A stretch of DNA of 64,000 nt from an uncultured delta proteobacterium (GCA_963792945.1 CAWBYM010000001.1:137244-201243), one strand, 5' to 3'. Numbered from the stretch's first letter, positions 1 to 12,562 are shown. Notes: generated by a model from the letters alone, not told the origin. Program-made: numbers and translations.

Positions 1-514
1 CTGTACTCTCAACTTCACGTTTGAGACGCCTCAGAGTGTCATCCAATGTCGGAGGTCGCTTTTCTTCGACCTCCTTGGCCAGTTTTGTAACCGATTCCTT
101 TACAACAGTGGAGGGTTTGAACGTTTTGTGTTTCAGGGACTCCTTGGGCGTTTTCGATACCTTGGGAACGGGCTCGATCGACACCTTCTCAACGGGTTTT
201 GGCGGTGGCGGCGGCGGTTCTACCGGCTCCGGTTTCACTTCCACTTTTTCCGCGGGGGGTTCCTGAACTTCCTGTTTTTCCGGCCCAGCGGTTTCCACCG
301 TCGGATTTCCCAGCGCCGGTAGCGAAACCAGGCTGACGTTCACTACCGTCGGTATATATCTTTTCGCTGGTGCCAGCGCCGGTGCCAGGATAATGCCTGC
401 CATGAACACAATATGGAGAACCGCCGATATCGCAATGAAATAGATCAGTTTGCGCGTTTCCGGATTCGAACCGGAGATCCCGCGGGCGGAAGTTTGTACC
501 GCTTCCTTTTTCAT
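1..514 (-). CDS. tolA: TolA/TonB-family energy transducer, N-terminal part (runs off window start)
   Basis: Manual translation from ATG at 514: MKKEAVQ...LIYFIAISAVLHIVFMAGIIL (TM helix with SxxxH motif), then Pro/Glu/Lys-rich linker (EPVEPPPPPPKPVEK); directly downstream of tolQ-tolR. Confidence 0.8.
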   Translation of the reverse strand, partial: MKKEAVQTSARGISGSNPETRKLIYFIAISAVLHIVFMAGIILAPALAPAKRYIPTVVNVSLVSLPALGNPTVETAGPEKQEVQEPPAEKVEVKPEPVEPPPPPPKPVEKVSIEPVPKVSKTPKESLKHKTFKPSTVVKESVTKLAKEVEEKRPPTLDDTLRRLKREVEST

Positions 515-522
515 TGTCGTGG

Positions 523-951
523 TTACTGTTTTTTGTTGCTCTTATTGTCGGTAGGCGGCAGGGTCACCATACCCAACTTCTCCACACCCGCCAGTTTAAT
601 TTCGGACATGATCCGGACGACAGTCCCATAAGAGATGTCCTTGTCCGCTTTCAAGTATACTTGGCGGTCATCTCGACCGCTCAAAATTCTTCTCAATTTG
701 TCATTGAGTTCATCGACGGACACCTGAACATCGTTTATGAAAATCCGTTCCTGGTTATCGACCGAAACCATCAGCTGCTCGGTTTCAGACGGCAATGCCT
801 CGGATGTCGCTTCCGGCAGTGACACGTCGACCCCTTGGGTCATCATCGGCGCCGTTACCATGAATATGATCAGCAGCACCAGCATGACATCGACAAACGG
901 GGTCACGTTGATCTCGGATAAGAAGTTGTTGCGGTTGTCACCGGATGTCAA
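523..951 (-). CDS. tolR: TolR/ExbD biopolymer transport protein
   Basis: SEINVTPFVDVMLVLLIIFMVTAP signature; KAD...YGTVV; TTG start overlaps tolQ stop. Confidence 0.93.
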   Translation of the reverse strand: MTSGDNRNNFLSEINVTPFVDVMLVLLIIFMVTAPMMTQGVDVSLPEATSEALPSETEQLMVSVDNQERIFINDVQVSVDELNDKLRRILSGRDDRQVYLKADKDISYGTVVRIMSEIKLAGVEKLGMVTLPPTDNKSNKKQ

Positions 952-1682
952 CGCTTTCTCCTTTCGATCCGCAGGATATCCCTTTCGACAATATTCAGAA
1001 AATCTGCGGAAAAGCTCAACAATTCGGTTTCAATCACCCTGATCTTCTGGTTGAAATAGTTGAAGGCAATGACGGAAGGGATTGCCACAGCCAGACCAGC
1101 CGCGGTGGCGATAAGCGCCTCTGATATCCCCGGGGCGACGACGGCGAGATTGGCGGACCCCTTGAGCCCGATACTTCGAAACGAGTTCATAATGCCCCAG
1201 ACGGTACCGAACAAACCGATGAACGGGGTCGTATTGCCCGTGGTAGCCAGGAAGGGCACCATCTGTGTGAGGCGTGTCATTTCTGTGTTCATTGCTCGGC
1301 GCAAGGCGCGTTTGATGTTGTCCATACCCGAGAATTGGCTTCTCAGTGACTCTGAATCGGCAGGGGAGGCGGAACCCGTCGAATCAGAGAGCCCGGCTTG
1401 GCTGACTTTTTTAAGTTCCAGATACCCCATGCGGAATATTCGCGCGATCGGACTGGTTTCCAATTGTTTGGCCTTAACGAATGCATTAGACAAGTCCCTG
1501 CTTTTCCAGAAAAAATCTATAAATTGGGCCGATTCTTTAAAAGCCCGGCCGATGGTGCGGGCTTTGATGAGAATTATCGCCCAGGAAGTAATCGAGAAAA
1601 ACAGAAGCAAGACCAGAACCAGCTGGACCACCAGGCCGGCATTCAGAAAAATGTGGATGATATTAATATCGGAGTGTGCCAT
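948..1682 (-). CDS. tolQ: TolQ (MotA/TolQ/ExbB proton channel)
   Basis: LATTGNTTPFIGLFGTVWGIM and VAPGISEALIATAAGLAVAIP motifs; start moved to ATG 1682 (MAHSD), which has GGAGA upstream. Confidence 0.93.
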   Translation of the reverse strand: MAHSDINIIHIFLNAGLVVQLVLVLLLFFSITSWAIILIKARTIGRAFKESAQFIDFFWKSRDLSNAFVKAKQLETSPIARIFRMGYLELKKVSQAGLSDSTGSASPADSESLRSQFSGMDNIKRALRRAMNTEMTRLTQMVPFLATTGNTTPFIGLFGTVWGIMNSFRSIGLKGSANLAVVAPGISEALIATAAGLAVAIPSVIAFNYFNQKIRVIETELLSFSADFLNIVERDILRIERRKR

Positions 1683-1774
1683 AGGGAATCTCCGCGGGTG
1701 TGGGCTAACGGTGACGGATGAGAGAGCATTGCATCGGCAGCATCTGCGGGATGTGTATATCAAAAAATTTAACC

Positions 1775-1803
1775 ACTCTAAATTGTTATCTCGTAAGTGT
1801 CAA
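1775..1803 (-). promoter_or_regulatory. Putative sigma70 promoter of tolQRA
   Basis: Minus strand TTGACA-17 nt-TAGAGT. Confidence 0.55.
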
Positions 1804-1993
1804 GATTATTTGAGTTCTCGAAAAGTATAGATGTCATGGACACAGATAGGGCTGGGCGGTGATGGCAGGGTCACCGGCGCCGCTGGTCCGCCGACATTTG
1901 AGTTGCTTTTTCACCCCCATTTTTTTAAGAGGGATACCGTTTCTCTGCTCATTTTGGTGAACCGAAGGGTTCAGGAAGGATAAGGAGATCTTT

Positions 1994-2542
1994 ATGGGCC
2001 AAATTGCGGATTTGCTGTTTCAGGCCAGATTGTTGAAAGACATTCCCCGGTCAGGGTTTCATTTTCTCGGCGCGGGCAATGAGTCGGTGGCGGCGCATTC
2101 GTTCAGTACGGCCTTCATCGCTTTCGTTCTGGGTCAAACCGTTCCCGACATTGACGGTTGTCGGCTGATCTGCATGTGCCTGGTGCATGACTTGAACGAA
2201 TCACGCATCGGCGATCTGAACACGGTCCACAAGGAATATGTGGCCGCAGATGCCGAAAAAGCCCTCATGGACACAGTCGCAGAGCTGCCCTTTGAAGGGG
2301 CACTAAAAGATCTAATCCGTGAATTCGAGGCCAATAAAACGCCTGAGGCGAAACTTGCCCGGGATGCGGATCAACTGGCATTGATCATTGATCTCAAGGC
2401 GCTGGCCGACATCGGATATGACCCCCCGCGAAAATGGCTTCCGCCAATCATCGGCCGGCTTCAAACGGACGCGGCCCGGGTGCTGGCCGCTGATATTCTG
2501 AAGACATCCTATGACAACTGGTGGTTGAAAAAAATGGGTTGA
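1994..2542 (+). CDS. HD-domain hydrolase (YfbR-like 5'-deoxynucleotidase family)
   Basis: LKDIPRSG, ESVAAHS, HDLNE, DAD motifs; AAGGAG RBS. Confidence 0.85.
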   Translation: MGQIADLLFQARLLKDIPRSGFHFLGAGNESVAAHSFSTAFIAFVLGQTVPDIDGCRLICMCLVHDLNESRIGDLNTVHKEYVAADAEKALMDTVAELPFEGALKDLIREFEANKTPEAKLARDADQLALIIDLKALADIGYDPPRKWLPPIIGRLQTDAARVLAADILKTSYDNWWLKKMG

Positions 2543-2567
2543 CAGAAACAGTGGCAGATTTTAAATA
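2539..2567 (+). promoter_or_regulatory. Putative sigma70 promoter of sdhCAB
   Basis: TTGACA-17 nt-TAAATA. Confidence 0.5.
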
Positions 2568-2614
2568 AACTCCTTTGCTTTGATGCAAAATGAATGTTTG
2601 AAACGGAGGAGTGC

Positions 2615-3253
2615 ATGAACGGGTTTGGCCAGACATTTACGTCTTCGATCGGCAAGAAATGGATGATGGCCGTCACTGGCCTCGGATTTTGTGTCTTTCT
2701 GACAGCCCACCTTGCCGGTAATCTTTTCATATACGGCGGCAGAGACGCTTTTAATTCCTACGCCGAGCATCTCCACGACCTCGGGCCTCTGGTCAAGATC
2801 TCGGAGTTGGGCCTTTTGGCGTTTGCCGTTCTGCATATCGCCACCGGACTGGTTCTGTTCTATCAGAATTTCGCTTCCCGCCCAGAACGTTATATTGTCA
2901 ACAAAACCGGCGGAGGCCGCACGATCGGATCCCGCACCATGCCGTACTCGGGCCTGATCATACTGGTATTCGTCGTCTTCCACCTCATCAATTTCCACTT
3001 TGTCGACAAGTCCGGTACCACTATCTACGACATCGTCTCCCAGGCTTTTGCCGATCCTGTCTATGTCCTGCTGTATGTCCTGGCGATGGCTGTCGTGGCC
3101 CTGCATGTCAGCCACGGTTTTTGGAGCGCGTTTCAGACTATCGGGGCCTATCACCCGAAGTACATGCCGATTATCTGGGTGGTTGGCATCGCCTTCAGTC
3201 TGGTTGTCGGGCTGGGCTTCGGATTTCTGCCAATATACATGGCCATGGTCTAA
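2615..3253 (+). CDS. sdhC: Succinate dehydrogenase/fumarate reductase cytochrome b558 subunit
   Basis: [18 protein letters not shown], about 5 TM helices, [12 protein letters not shown]; ATG 2615 follows GGAGGAG. Confidence 0.9.
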   Translation: MNGFGQTFTSSIGKKWMMAVTGLGFCVFLTAHLAGNLFIYGGRDAFNSYAEHLHDLGPLVKISELGLLAFAVLHIATGLVLFYQNFASRPERYIVNKTGGGRTIGSRTMPYSGLIILVFVVFHLINFHFVDKSGTTIYDIVSQAFADPVYVLLYVLAMAVVALHVSHGFWSAFQTIGAYHPKYMPIIWVVGIAFSLVVGLGFGFLPIYMAMV

Positions 3254-3264
3254 GGAGGCAACGC

Positions 3265-5174
<1,910 letters not shown>

Positions 5175-5178
<4 letters not shown>

Positions 5179-5939
5179 CCAATGTCCTTAATTTAACGTT
5201 AAAAATATGGCGCCAAAAAAGTCCGGGAACCGCTGGTAAACTGGAAACCATCGAGGCCCGGGACATATCGACCGATATGTCTTTTCTGGAAATGCTCGAT
5301 GTCGTCAATGAAAAGTTGACCCTGGAGGGCAAGGAGCCGATCGCCTTCGATCACGATTGCCGGGAAGGGATCTGCGGTATGTGCGGCGCCGTGGTCAACG
5401 GCCGCCCCCATGGCCCCCAGAAGGGGACGACCCTCTGCCAGCTGCACATGCGCCATTTTTCGAACGGAGATACCGTCGTCATCGAGCCCTGGCGGGCACG
5501 GGCGTTCAAGGTCGTCAAAGACCTCGTGGTGGACCGCAGCGCGCTTGACAAGATGATCCAGGCCGGCGGATACATTTCAGTGAACACCGGTGGGGCTCAG
5601 GATGCCAATGCCATTTTAGTTCCTCAGGAAACCGCTGAACTGGCAATGGATGCCGCCGCCTGCATCGGTTGCGGTGCCTGCGTGGCCGCCTGCCCGAATG
5701 CCTCGGCCATGCTGTTCGTCGGTGCCAAGGTTTCTCATCTGGCTTTGTTGCCCCAGGGCAAACCGGAAGCCGCCAAACGTGCCACGGCCATGGTGCGTGA
5801 AATGGACCAGCTGGGCTTCGGCAATTGTACCAACGAGAGGGAGTGCGAGGCCGAGTGCCCTAAAGAAATTTCCATCGTCAACATCGCCCGCTTGAACCGT
5901 GAGTATTTGAAATCCAGATTTTTCTCGACCGAAAAATAA
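5175..5939 (+). CDS. sdhB: Succinate dehydrogenase/fumarate reductase iron-sulfur subunit
   Basis: [21 protein letters not shown] and [12 protein letters not shown] cluster motifs. Confidence 0.95.
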
Positions 5940-5977
5940 CGGGTGTCCTTGAGGGGTGCACCCGCTGCGGGCAAGGT

Positions 5978-5997
5978 TTGTCTTGTCTTGTCTTGTC
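5978..5997 (+). repeat. (TTGTC)4 microsatellite
   Basis: Four perfect copies in the loop and 3' arm of a GCTGCGGGCAAG...CTTGTCCGCAGC hairpin. Confidence 0.7.
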
Positions 5998-6006
5998 CGC
6001 AGCCAG

Positions 6007-6045
6007 ACGGGAGGTGCCGCCGAATGCGGTGGTTTCCCGTTTTTT
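6007..6045 (+). terminator. Intrinsic terminator after sdhB
   Basis: ACGGGA..GCCGC/GCGGT..TCCCGT stem followed by TTTTT. Confidence 0.65.
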
Positions 6046-6243
6046 GTTGTTGGGGGATCTGCCGGTTGAAATAATCTGCCGAAAGGTTACATTGCCGGGA
6101 CTTCGCTACCGCCTGACCGGCGCACGGATTCAGCCTGTAGGCGCGGCGCAAGGCTGCCGCGGATTCCCCGCTGATATCGGCCGGCCGCCGATATCCTGGC
6201 CTCTTGCCACCTCATCGCATCGATTCATAAAAGACGAAAGGAG

Positions 6244-6537
6244 ATGACCATGCACACCCATGGACACGGCGCTGGGCCGTCCATGAATCAGGCCATATTC
6301 GACATCGGTCTTTCCGTTGAAACCATATCCGTGTACCTACTGGCATGTGGACTGACCGATGCCGGCCGCAGCGTCACCACCAAGAACCTCAGCGAAGTCT
6401 GGAACGGGACCGAGACGGCTCTGGATAATGGGCTGAAAGATCTCGAAAGCCGACATATCATCAGCCAAATCCTTTCAGACGGGGAGGAGAATGTGGTTTA
6501 CAAGGTCGTGGATGTTCAGCGCTGGAAGTTGAAATAA
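6244..6537 (+). CDS. Hypothetical protein, possible winged-helix fold
   Basis: Strong AAAGGAG RBS; 97 aa; helix-helix-LxxLExxxII-beta hairpin pattern. Confidence 0.65.
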   Translation: MTMHTHGHGAGPSMNQAIFDIGLSVETISVYLLACGLTDAGRSVTTKNLSEVWNGTETALDNGLKDLESRHIISQILSDGEENVVYKVVDVQRWKLK

Positions 6538-6593
6538 GAGGAAGGCCCAATGATCGCCTTTGCTTTGATCGAACGGGGCCGTCCGGTTGGCAT

Positions 6594-7010
6594 TTACTCA
6601 TTCTGTCTGGATTTGCCCTGAAGTTCTCTGACCACGCATTGTTTGACAGCTTCTGCCGGTGCATCGGCTTCCATGCCGGGGCACATGGACGCCATCGCCC
6701 TCCAGTTTTCAATTGCCTTCAACACGCTCGTTATATAAGGCCACTGGCGGCACATGCGGGGTTTGACCGGATGGATGGTGCAGAGCCGGTCCCAGAAGGC
6801 GCAATACCCATCATTTTTTTGCGCCAGCAGCGGCTTTCCGCCCGACATTCGGCAGTGGGTCGTCATGAAGGCGTCGGGGGACATACCGATATAGTCGGCG
6901 ATTCTGACGATGTCCGTCTTTGAAAGATAGGTTCCGCCGTAGCCCTTGCAACAATCGCCGCACTGGGTACAATTGAATATAGGGCTCGAGTTCGGATCAT
7001 CTGATGGCAT
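6594..7010 (-). CDS. YkgJ-family cysteine cluster protein
   Basis: FNCTQCGDCC, CAF...CTIHPVKPRMCRQWP, CPG. Confidence 0.85.
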   Translation of the reverse strand: MPSDDPNSSPIFNCTQCGDCCKGYGGTYLSKTDIVRIADYIGMSPDAFMTTHCRMSGGKPLLAQKNDGYCAFWDRLCTIHPVKPRMCRQWPYITSVLKAIENWRAMASMCPGMEADAPAEAVKQCVVRELQGKSRQNE

Positions 7011-7599
7011 GGCGACCTTCCAGAGCGCGTTTCAGGGTGACCTGGTCGATGTATTTCAGGTCGCCTCCGATGGGGACTCCCGAGGCTATGCGTGTGATTT
7101 TAACCGGCATATGCCCCATGCGGTCGGCGATATAAGCGGCGGTCGATTCGCCTTCGACCGTTGTGCTGGTGGCCAGTATGACCTCCTGAACCTTTTCCGT
7201 TGACATCCTGGACAGCAGTTCTCCAACCCGGATATCTCCGGGCCCAATGCCATTGATGGGAGAGAGGGTGCCGCCGAGAATATGGTAACACCCCTTAAAT
7301 GCTCCTGATTTCTCGATCGAGACCATGTCGCCCGGATGTTCGACGACGCACAGCAGATGTTGGTCCCGGCTCGGGTCGTTGCAGACACCGCACAATTCGG
7401 CATCGCTCAACCCAAAGCATTGCCTGCACAACCGCACGCTCGCCTTGAGCTCCAGGATACTGCGGGCCAGCTGTTCGACCTCGATGCGCGGCGTGCGCAA
7501 CAGGTGCATGGTCAACCGTTCGGCTGTTTTCTCGCCAATGCCCGGCAGCTTGGAAATGTGTCCGATGACCTTGCGAATGGTTTTAGGGTAATAGTTCAT
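6997..7599 (-). CDS. recR: Recombination mediator RecR
   Basis: [12 protein letters not shown] HhH, CxxC..CxxC zinc finger, Toprim [16 protein letters not shown]. Confidence 0.96.
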   Translation of the reverse strand: MNYYPKTIRKVIGHISKLPGIGEKTAERLTMHLLRTPRIEVEQLARSILELKASVRLCRQCFGLSDAELCGVCNDPSRDQHLLCVVEHPGDMVSIEKSGAFKGCYHILGGTLSPINGIGPGDIRVGELLSRMSTEKVQEVILATSTTVEGESTAAYIADRMGHMPVKITRIASGVPIGGDLKYIDQVTLKRALEGRHAIR

Positions 7600-7907
7600 G
7601 ACAATCCCGGTATGTTTATGCCGCCGGTCAGCTTGGCCATCTCGCTCGATACCATCTCCTGGGATTGGGTCAAGGCATCATTGACGGCCGCCAGGATGAG
7701 GTCCTGCAGCATCTCCACGTCCTCGGGATCGACCACTTCCTTTTCGATCTGAATGGCCACAACCTGCTGTTTTCCGTTGGCGACGACCTTGACCATGCCG
7801 CCGCCGGCAGCTGATTCCACTGTCTTTTCACCCAGCTCTTCCTGAAGGCGCATCATCTTTGCCTGCAGTTTCTGGGCTTGTTTCATCATGTTCCCCATAC
7901 CTTTCAT
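7596..7907 (-). CDS. ybaB: YbaB/EbfC nucleoid-associated protein
   Basis: MMKQAQKLQ...GGGMVKV...[14 protein letters not shown]; sits between dnaX and recR. Confidence 0.95.
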   Translation of the reverse strand: MKGMGNMMKQAQKLQAKMMRLQEELGEKTVESAAGGGMVKVVANGKQQVVAIQIEKEVVDPEDVEMLQDLILAAVNDALTQSQEMVSSEMAKLTGGINIPGLS

Positions 7908-9583
7908 GAATCATCCTCCTTTAGAATTCTAACGCCGACTATCTTGCCATCGAAGATATCCAGTGCTTCGGCGACCAGCGGATGGCTCAGGGCGTCGCTC
8001 TTGAGCTTATTGGTCTCTTTTTTTGAGGCCGCATTGTCCAACGGGTGCTCCGAGGTGGCGCGAACGTCGACTTCCATCTCCCTGCCGAAAACATCTTTGC
8101 ACACCCGGCGGATAATTTCCAGATTCTTGTCTTTCTGGATCATGGACAGATTGAATGCGTTGCCGGTAACCTCTATGAGAAGGTGGTTTTTATCCGGCTG
8201 TTTCAACCGGCATTTCGACAGGATGGCGGCCAGGAGAGACTGCTCGGCCGGAATTCCAGATTGGACCGCTTCCCATGCGGATCGGAGATTTTCCTGCACG
8301 CCGGCGCTGCGGGTGTCTGCACTTTCCGCTCGCGAAGACCCGGCTTTCCGAGAGCGGTTTTCGGGTGTGGCCGTGCCTGTGCTCGATGGCGGGCCTTGTC
8401 GCTCAACCGCTGGCGCCGGCCCAGCTGGGGGCGTATCGGCCAATTCGCCTCTCAAAGCAGAAAGTTGACCGATCAGGGTTTCGATGCTCAAGGCTTGCTT
8501 GGCCTCCAATAACCTGAAGCACGCCATTTCAAGCGCGATCCTTGTCTGAAAAGACAATTTAACAGCGGGCTCCTCCCTGAACAGCATGTCGAAAAGCTGG
8601 CTGAGGTGGGTGGCACTCACCGGCGCCGCTTGATCGGTCATGCGCTGGATTTCATGAGTCGGCAGATCGACCAGGCGCTCCGGTTGATCGCTCATTTTGA
8701 CAACCAGGAGGTTCCTGAAATGCGCCACCAGATCGTAATAAAATCGCTTCAAGTCACGGCCCCGTTGATGAAGTTCGTCCACAATCTGCAGGACAAGGTG
8801 CGCGTCGCCATCGAGAAGCGCCCCTGAAAAATTGAAGATCGTTTCCCGGTCTATGACGCCGAGCAGTTCCACGACTTCCGGATCCGACGCTTCGCTTCTC
8901 GTGCAGGCCATTACCTGGTCCAGCAGGCTGAGCGCATCGCGCATACTTCCTCCGGCTTCACCGGCAATCAGTGTCAGACTGTCATCGGATATGTGGAACC
9001 CTTCCAGCCGACAGAGCTCACGCATGTGTTTTGCGATCGATTGCCACTTGATCCGTTTGAAATCATGACGCTGGCAGCGGGAAAGGATCGTCAACGGGAT
9101 TTTGTGGGGTTCGGTGGTGGCAAAGATGAACATGACGTGGCTGGGCGGCTCTTCGAGGGTCTTCAGCAGCGCATTGAATGCCGGCGTGCTGAGCATGTGC
9201 ACTTCATCGATGATATAGATTTTGTAGGCGCTGTGGGCCGGCATGTATTTGACATTATCTCTCAACTCCCGAACCTGGTCGACGCTGTTGTTGGAAGCAC
9301 CGTCGATCTCAAAAACGTCAACGGCCCTGCCTTCCGTAACCTCACGGCAGGACTGGCACACCTCGCAGGGAGCCGGGGTCGGTCCTTCGGTGCAGTTCAT
9401 CGATTTGGCCAGGATACGGGCCACTGTCGTTTTGCCCGTGCCCCGGGGCCCGGTAAACAGGATCGCGTGAGCCACGCGGCCGCCCAAGATCGCATTGGAC
9501 AGGGTTCTAGTGATATGGTCCTGGTCGACAACCGTATCGAATCTCTGAGGGCGGTATTTGCGTGCAAGCACCAGATAGGACAT
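7904..9583 (-). CDS. dnaX: DNA polymerase III subunit gamma/tau
   Basis: [12 protein letters not shown] start, GPRGTGKT Walker [23 protein letters not shown]. Confidence 0.96.
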   Translation of the reverse strand: MSYLVLARKYRPQRFDTVVDQDHITRTLSNAILGGRVAHAILFTGPRGTGKTTVARILAKSMNCTEGPTPAPCEVCQSCREVTEGRAVDVFEIDGASNNSVDQVRELRDNVKYMPAHSAYKIYIIDEVHMLSTPAFNALLKTLEEPPSHVMFIFATTEPHKIPLTILSRCQRHDFKRIKWQSIAKHMRELCRLEGFHISDDSLTLIAGEAGGSMRDALSLLDQVMACTRSEASDPEVVELLGVIDRETIFNFSGALLDGDAHLVLQIVDELHQRGRDLKRFYYDLVAHFRNLLVVKMSDQPERLVDLPTHEIQRMTDQAAPVSATHLSQLFDMLFREEPAVKLSFQTRIALEMACFRLLEAKQALSIETLIGQLSALRGELADTPPAGPAPAVERQGPPSSTGTATPENRSRKAGSSRAESADTRSAGVQENLRSAWEAVQSGIPAEQSLLAAILSKCRLKQPDKNHLLIEVTGNAFNLSMIQKDKNLEIIRRVCKDVFGREMEVDVRATSEHPLDNAASKKETNKLKSDALSHPLVAEALDIFDGKIVGVRILKEDDS

Positions 9584-9928
9584 GACATCCCTCGACGAGT
9601 CGCAACAGAGGCCTTCGGTTTCCCGGCATTCATCCCCGGCGGTGGTTCGAGCCGCGAGATCCGCCCGACATGGCGCGAAACCATCGCCCAAAGCCGGTGA
9701 GGTCCTTACCTGATCGACAATCGTCAGTTAGTTGTTCCTGCGATTTCGGTGGATAAGTGAAGCCAATTGCCCAATTAAACCTCGACAATATGTCCTCTGC
9801 GTCCTGAGCTGAAAACACTGCACGAGATCGTTGGGGTTGCTGGTCGTTTACATCCCGAAATGTATCTTCTCAGTGCCAGTCAATGGTGGATTGACTGATT
9901 CAATCGGCCAGGGTTTTCGAGCGATTGA

Positions 9929-10022
9929 TGGCGGAGAGAGAGGGATTCGAACCCTCGGTGCCGCTATTAACAGCACACACGATTTCCAGTCGTGCTCCTT
10001 CGGCCAACTCGGACATCTCTCC
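9929..10022 (-). tRNA. tRNA-Ser(GGA)
   Basis: GGAGAGATGTCCGAGTTGG...CACGA-CTGGAAA-TCGTG...long variable arm...GGTTCGAATCC...CCGCCA. Confidence 0.96.
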
Positions 10023-10134
10023 GCAAATCAGCGGGATAGCAAATCGCGACAATCATGGGGCTTGGGGGGTCTCGAAAGCATTTTCAGCAGCTCGTGCCAG
10101 GAGGTTGCGGCCTATTGGGGGAGCTCCTGCATAA

Positions 10135-10227
10135 TGGCGGAGAGGGTGGGATTCGAACCCACGATCCCGTTTTTGACAGGATACCGCTTTTCGAGAGCGG
10201 GGCCTTCAACCGCTCGGCCACCTCTCC
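10135..10227 (-). tRNA. tRNA-Ser(CGA)
   Basis: GGAGAGGTGGCCGAGCGG...CCGCT-CTCGAAA-AGCGG...long variable arm...GGTTCGAATCC...CCGCCA. Confidence 0.96.
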
Positions 10228-10258
10228 GGATCCCTCCATCAACCGTACGCGGATGCCC

Positions 10259-10287
10259 TGAATAACTTTTTTGTGGTATTCTGTCAA
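10259..10287 (-). promoter_or_regulatory. Putative sigma70 promoter of tRNA-Ser pair
   Basis: TTGACA-17 nt-TATTCA about 30 nt upstream of tRNA-Ser(CGA). Confidence 0.6.
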
Positions 10288-10468
10288 CCGCCTTCTTTTA
10301 CCTTGAACTCCGACGGGCTTTTTAGTATCAGACTGGCAAACAGAAGACAAACTTCATCAAATCGTAACGGTGGCCACACAGTCAGCTGCGCTTCAAATCC
10401 ACGAGACAGTTTCCGGGGTCTCCAAGCGCCTCGGCACCACCGGACGCTTTAATTGGAATATCACTTAT

Positions 10469-11803
10469 ATGGCGGAAGTGCTTCCCTTCAGAGGCCTGCT
10501 CTACAATCCGGAAAAGGTGGATCGTCTGTCCGATGTCATTACGCCACCTTTCGACGTTATTTCGAACAGGGAACAGGATCTATTTTACGAGCAAAGCCCC
10601 TTCAACATGATCCGGCTCATTCTGGGCAAGCCGACCCCCTATGACACTCGCACGAACAATCCCCACAGCCGTGCCGCCAGTGACTTGGCAAATTGGCTCA
10701 CAGAAGGCATCTTGGTTCGAGACGATGCGGCGGCGTTCTACCTGACGGCGCTGGATTTCAGGGCCGACGGAGGCGCCTACAGGCGCTACGGGCTGATTTC
10801 CCTGGTGCGGCTGAGTTCATACGAAAGCGGTGTCATACTGCCCCATGAACGGACTTTCACCAAAGTCAAATCGGAGCGGTTGGCGCTGATGCAGGCCTGT
10901 CACGCCAATTTCAGCCCCATTTTTTCGATGGTACCCGACGATGACGGCGCGCTATTCGACTACATGCGGCATTGGTCCGAAAAACACGAGCCGGATATCG
11001 ATTTCACGGCCGCCGACGGCTGTCGTCACCAGCTCTGGCGGATTGTCGACGCCACAAAGGCGAAGGTTCTGAGCGACACCTTTCGGTCTAAAAAACTCTA
11101 TATCGCCGACGGTCACCACCGCTACGAAACCGCGCTGAAATACTGTACCTGGATGCATGAAACCCATCCCGGTCTCACCAGCGACCATCCCGCTAATTTT
11201 GTGATGATGTATCTGAGCAGCATGGCCGACCCCGGGCTGATCATCCGACCGGCCCACCGCCTGCTCAGGGAAGTCCCTGCGGCGGACCTTGATCTCCTCC
11301 TGCAAAAAGCCCAGGCATTGTTCAAGATAGAAGCGGTTTCCTTTCAGGAAGACGAACGCGAGGCCGCGCTGCAGCGTTTTGTCGACGCCATGCACGACCA
11401 TGGCGATCGAATTTTGATCGGCATGGTCGTAAAAGGACGCCGAATATTTTATCGGTTGACCATGAACGATACCGTTTCAGTGGACGATATCTTCGGCTCG
11501 GATCTGTCAGGCCCACTGCGGCGGTTGGATGTCATGGTTCTGACCCGGTTGCTGTTTACCGAGTATTTGGGCTTTGATCAGTCCCGGCTCGACAACGAGA
11601 CGCTCATCGCTTATACAACCGATGCCCAAACCGCTGTGGCACGCGTGACGAACGAAGATTTCAATGTCTGTTTCCTGCTGAATCCCACCAGTGTGCAGCA
11701 GGTGCGGGAAGTGGCCGACAGCGGCCTGGTCATGCCCAGAAAGGCGACTTATTTTTATCCGAAGGTCACCACGGGACTCGTCATCAATCCCCTTAGGCCG
11801 TAG
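10469..11803 (+). CDS. DUF1015 family protein
   Basis: MAEVLPFRG, PPFDVIS, PHERT, YIADGHHRY, MPRKATYFYPK motifs. Confidence 0.9.
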   Translation: MAEVLPFRGLLYNPEKVDRLSDVITPPFDVISNREQDLFYEQSPFNMIRLILGKPTPYDTRTNNPHSRAASDLANWLTEGILVRDDAAAFYLTALDFRADGGAYRRYGLISLVRLSSYESGVILPHERTFTKVKSERLALMQACHANFSPIFSMVPDDDGALFDYMRHWSEKHEPDIDFTAADGCRHQLWRIVDATKAKVLSDTFRSKKLYIADGHHRYETALKYCTWMHETHPGLTSDHPANFVMMYLSSMADPGLIIRPAHRLLREVPAADLDLLLQKAQALFKIEAVSFQEDEREAALQRFVDAMHDHGDRILIGMVVKGRRIFYRLTMNDTVSVDDIFGSDLSGPLRRLDVMVLTRLLFTEYLGFDQSRLDNETLIAYTTDAQTAVARVTNEDFNVCFLLNPTSVQQVREVADSGLVMPRKATYFYPKVTTGLVINPLRP

Positions 11804-11839
11804 CGGAACGGCCGCAAACGCCGCAGCCTGAGTCTAAAC

Positions 11840-12562
11840 TTAGGCGCGAAACATTTTGCTGATTTCCTCGGTGTAGTCACCGCTTTCGCTATAGATCGTC
11901 AAGGGCGGGGCGATAACGACTCCCGGACGCGCACCCTTGATGCCTTCGATCAAGACCATTTTGGCATTCGATGCAGGACCGGCGTGAATCATCCGGCAGT
12001 ATTTGGGTTCGAGGCCAGCCGCGTGCATGCGAAACATGGCCTCAACCGATCGATCCGCCGTATAGACCGTGAGAAATCTGCCGCCGGTGCGCAGCCAGCG
12101 GACGGCCGCGTCGACGATGTCTTCAAACGTCACTTCGATTTCGTGCCGGGCCACCGCTTTTTGTCGATTCGGGTTCAACCGGCCGCTGCTGTTTTTGTGA
12201 TAAGGCGGATTGGACACGACCCAGTCCGCCGGGTTGGGAAGGTCGGCTGCGGTCATCTCTTTCAGATCGCGGCACAGAATCCGGACCTGGCTCTCCATCC
12301 GGTTGGCGGTGACATTGTAGCGCGCGAGATCGGCCAGGTCGTGCTGGATTTCAACACCGATGACGCGTGAACCCGGGTTGCGATACGCCAGTATCAGGGC
12401 CACAATGCCGCAACCCGTACCCAGATCGAGAACGGTTTCAGCCGGACGTAGACGAGCGTGGTCGGCCAGGATGATGGAATCGATCGAGAAACGGTAGCCG
12501 TTGCGGAACTGCCGGACCAAGAGGCGCCCAGTGAAAAAAGTGTCTGAGGTATAGGTTTCCAT
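11840..12562 (-). CDS. tRNA1(Val) adenine-37 N6-methyltransferase family (YfiC/TrmM)
   Basis: GYRFSIDS, LDLGTGCG, NPPY, ARHE. Confidence 0.85.
   Translation of the reverse strand: METYTSDTFFTGRLLVRQFRNGYRFSIDSIILADHARLRPAETVLDLGTGCGIVALILAYRNPGSRVIGVEIQHDLADLARYNVTANRMESQVRILCRDLKEMTAADLPNPADWVVSNPPYHKNSSGRLNPNRQKAVARHEIEVTFEDIVDAAVRWLRTGGRFLTVYTADRSVEAMFRMHAAGLEPKYCRMIHAGPASNAKMVLIEGIKGARPGVVIAPPLTIYSESGDYTEEISKMFRA

Noticed and set aside
3121-3264. Extended N-termini in the ORF track for sdhA, dnaX, tolQ, pxpC, DUF1015, the 29007 CLF, the 43346 thioesterase and the 60455 lipoprotein
   Set aside because: They overlap upstream genes or lack an RBS. Downstream starts match family N-termini and ribosome binding sites.
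8018-8024. A7 run (A AAA AAA G) in dnaX as a programmed -1 frameshift site making gamma
   Set aside because: It lies only ~38 codons from the C-terminus, far past the usual gamma end point, and no clear stimulatory element was seen.
9748-9756. DnaA box (TTATCCACC) upstream of dnaX
   Set aside because: A single copy with one mismatch is expected by chance.
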